Assembly: GCA_013540605.1 (NCBI GenBank)
Contig: JABVCK010000002.1
Span: 32,339-96,338, forward strand
Direction of reading: 5' to 3'
Length of the DNA stretch: 64,000 nt
Source of the DNA: Bacillota bacterium
GTDB taxonomy: Bacteria; Bacillota; Clostridia; Ch29
Below the pieces are notes generated by a model that searched no databases, was not told where the DNA came from, and was given only the letters and a program-made list of their open reading frames with translations. The position numbers were made by a program, and so were the translations under genes. Every line of letters begins with the position of its first letter. Position 1 is the stretch's first letter. Below, piece by piece: positions 61,843-64,000 of this stretch.

Positions 61843-63186
61843 GTGGGAAGAATGCGTATTCTGATGGTGGATGATGATCAGAATTTCCTGGATGTCTACA
61901 GCAAGATATTAAGGCGCAGCAAGTATATGGTAGAATGCTGTACCGACGCCGATAGAGGCATGAAATTGCTCCAAGAAAGCGATATCGACCTGGTTGTTAC
62001 GGATATGGTAATGCCCGGTATGAACGGACTGGAATTTATAACCCGGATTAAAGAACTATGTCCTTTAATCCCGGTCATTGTAATAACCGGCCAGGGTACA
62101 ATTGAAAATGCAGTAGAAGCGATGAAAATAGGGGCTTTCTCCTATCTCGTCAAACCGGTGAATATAGATGAGCTGCTGCTGGAAACATCCAAGGCGGCGG
62201 AATTCCTGCGGATATGCAGGGACAATGCGCTGCTCAAGGATGAGATTGCCGGTAATGACGATTACTTTATCGGGGACAGCGATAAAATCCTAGAGCTCAA
62301 AAAAATCATTCCCGTAGTTGCAGCCTCCGACTCAACAGTGCTGATTACAGGCGAAAGCGGTACCGGCAAGGAACTGGTGGCAAAGCTGATCCACCAGAAG
62401 AGCGGCCGGAAGGATAGGCCGATGGTAAAAGTAAACTGCGCAAGCTTTGCCAGAACTATATTGGAGAGCGAGCTATTCGGGCATGAAAGGGGAGCTTTTA
62501 CAGGGGCAAACTATACAAAGAAAGGCAGATTCGAAATGGCTGACGGCAGCACTCTTTTCCTGGATGAAATAGGTGATATTTCTCCGAACATACAGGTAAA
62601 GCTTCTCAGGGTGCTGCAGGAGAAGGAGTTTGAAAGGGTGGGAGGTACAAGGCCCATATCCGCTGATTTTCGCCTTATATGCGCTACAAACAGGGATCTG
62701 AAAGAAGAAATCGCTAAAGGAAGGTTTAGGGAAGACCTCTATTACAGGCTGAACGTCATTCCGCTCCATCTTCCGCCATTATCTGAACGCGCGGAGGATA
62801 TCCCTGCGTTAATCCAGTATTTTTCCCGGAAATTTGCAGAGGAAATGGGAAAGGAAAAGGTCAGCTTAACCAGGGAAGCGCTGCATGCGATGGTGAGTTA
62901 CCGGTGGCCGGGAAACATCAGGGAACTGAAAAACATTATAGAAAGGTTAACGGTTTTCTCAAAGGGCTTTCCGTTCGGCGTCAAAGACCTGCCCGGTGAG
63001 ATAATAAACGGCGCTGACGGTAAAAGAGATATTAAACTCCTTAAATATGCCAAAGAGGAATTTGAGAGGGCCTTTATTAAGGAAGCACTGGAGAAGAATG
63101 AATGGAATATTACAAAAGCTGCAGAAAAGATAGGAATAGCAAGAAAGAATCTGCAGGACAAGATTAAAAAATACGGGCTAAAATAG
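61843..63186 (+). CDS. Sigma-54-dependent response regulator (NtrC family: REC + AAA+ + Fis-type HTH)
   Basis: 447 aa; receiver …ILMVDDD…DLVVTDMVMPGMNG…; Walker A GESGTGKE, GAFTGA motif, ESELFGHE; C-terminal HTH …ITKAAEKIGIARKNLQDKIKKYGL. Confidence 0.9.
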   Translation: MGRMRILMVDDDQNFLDVYSKILRRSKYMVECCTDADRGMKLLQESDIDLVVTDMVMPGMNGLEFITRIKELCPLIPVIVITGQGTIENAVEAMKIGAFSYLVKPVNIDELLLETSKAAEFLRICRDNALLKDEIAGNDDYFIGDSDKILELKKIIPVVAASDSTVLITGESGTGKELVAKLIHQKSGRKDRPMVKVNCASFARTILESELFGHERGAFTGANYTKKGRFEMADGSTLFLDEIGDISPNIQVKLLRVLQEKEFERVGGTRPISADFRLICATNRDLKEEIAKGRFREDLYYRLNVIPLHLPPLSERAEDIPALIQYFSRKFAEEMGKEKVSLTREALHAMVSYRWPGNIRELKNIIERLTVFSKGFPFGVKDLPGEIINGADGKRDIKLLKYAKEEFERAFIKEALEKNEWNITKAAEKIGIARKNLQDKIKKYGLK

Positions 63187-63286
63187 CTGGGGACTTCATG
63201 CTAGAACCTTTTGATAAAAGGGTGCGGTCGAAGGGTTACGCTGTCAAAAATGCAAATGTGCTGCATCTCAGAATATTCTCAATACC

Positions 63287-63309
63287 AAATGCTACTTTTC
63301 GTAGCATTT
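63287..63309 (+). promoter_or_regulatory. Perfect 9-bp inverted repeat, candidate enhancer (UAS) for the NtrC-type regulator
   Basis: AAATGCTAC TTTTC GTAGCATTT about 75 bp upstream of the -24/-12 element; additional TGCTGCAT repeats at 63262 and 63351. Confidence 0.45.
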
Positions 63310-63369
63310 TCTTATTTTTTTTGTATCAACAGCTGCTCCAAAAAGCCTTAAATGCTGCATTTCCGGTTA

Positions 63370-63385
63370 TGGCACAGCATTTGCT
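63370..63385 (+). promoter_or_regulatory. Sigma-54 (-24/-12) promoter
   Basis: TGGCAC AGCAT TTGCT matches TGGCAC-N5-TTGCW exactly; ~95 nt upstream of the isochorismatase-family start codon. Confidence 0.7.
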
Positions 63386-63483
63386 CTTTAAGAGAAATAC
63401 CGGAGACACGATGGAAATCGCATCGGAAAGGGGGGTGGCAGAGAAAAAACTCCGGGTCAAAAAATTATTCTGAAAGGAGAGAG

Positions 63484-64000
63484 ATGCTTATGCCAACAGG
63501 AAACAAATACGTATCCTTTTACTATGAAACCGGAAGCGGTATGCAGGAAATCGAGGTGAACCACCGGAAGACCGCTCTACTGATTGTGGACATGCAAAAT
63601 GAATTTGTTTTACGGGACTACGGCGAAGCGCTGGCATTCAAACAGAGAGGCGAATGGGAAAGGTGGATTCCGTTCCATGACAGGCTTGATGATGTTGTGA
63701 TTCCAAATACCAAAAAGCTGCTGGACTTTTTCAGAAAAAATGGCCTTGAAGTTACCTACGGCAGAATAGCGTGTCTAAAAAAGGACGGCAAGGACAGGTG
63801 CCTGGTTCAGAAAAAGCCGGGATGGAATGAAATGCTGCTGCCGGTAGAATCCTATGGAGCCCAGATTATAGACGAATTAAAGCCCATGCCGGATGAGATT
63901 GTCGTGAATAAAACCACCGACAGCGTGCTCACGGGAACCAATTATGCCCAGCTGATAAGAAACATGGGAATCGAGACCGTTATTGTAACCGGTATAGTCA
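63484..64000 (+). CDS. Isochorismatase-family cysteine hydrolase (partial, runs off window end)
   Basis: ATG after AAAGGAGAGAG; …KTALLIVDMQNEF… isochorismatase hydrolase signature. Confidence 0.75.
   Translation, partial: MLMPTGNKYVSFYYETGSGMQEIEVNHRKTALLIVDMQNEFVLRDYGEALAFKQRGEWERWIPFHDRLDDVVIPNTKKLLDFFRKNGLEVTYGRIACLKKDGKDRCLVQKKPGWNEMLLPVESYGAQIIDELKPMPDEIVVNKTTDSVLTGTNYAQLIRNMGIETVIVTGIV

Overview
This window looks like the chromosome of a spore-forming, flagellated Firmicute (Clostridia-like). The conserved backbone is almost entirely on the minus strand.

- (1) 1-16.9 kb: the late flagellar/competence neighbourhood known from Bacillus: hpf(raiA), fliT-like, fliS, fliD, flaG, flagellin, csrA, fliW, yviE-like, flgL, flgK, flgN, flgM, yvyF-like, comFC, recD2, a ComK-like protein, then a DUF2922/DUF1659 pair.
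- (2) ~17.0-32.9 kb: an accessory segment with heterogeneous composition (very GC-rich 18.2-26.2 kb, AT-richer 26.2-31 kb). It carries TPR/membrane proteins, a 1153-aa secreted protein, a lipoprotein, an orphan NarL-type two-component system with an extra His-less sensor, and a truncated ycaQ. It is framed by two repeat pairs, one of which copies the 3-prime end of metK.
- (3) 32.9-36.5 kb: metK behind a SAM-I riboswitch, and five tRNA genes (Tyr, Thr, Val, Glu, Pro) with a Uma2-family endonuclease between them.
- (4) 36.8-51.4 kb: a large secreted phosphodiester-glycosidase-like protein, then the conserved sporulation/cell-envelope cluster: spo0E-like, fabZ, flagellar rod genes, mbl, spoIIID, a molybdopterin oxidoreductase, spoIID, spoIIQ-like, murA, ywmB-like.
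- (5) 51.6-59.1 kb: a complete F1Fo ATP synthase operon (atpZ-I-B-c3x-E-F-H-A-G-D-C). It encodes a fused triple-hairpin c subunit (two carboxylate sites, third hairpin E->Q) next to a normal c subunit; both carry a Q...ET(S/T)GIY Na+-type signature. The epsilon subunit is truncated.
- (6) 59.4-64 kb: a Cache/PAS NtrB-type histidine kinase, a sigma-54-dependent NtrC-type regulator, and downstream a textbook -24/-12 promoter plus an upstream palindrome in front of an isochorismatase-family gene.

A dispersed family of heptad-periodic CAG/CTG inverted-repeat tracts occupies at least seven intergenic sites, and GGGGACA/TGTCCCC-containing motifs also occur at several intergenic sites. A GC-rich, terminator-capped structured RNA sits directly upstream of hpf; I interpret it as a raiA-motif ncRNA.
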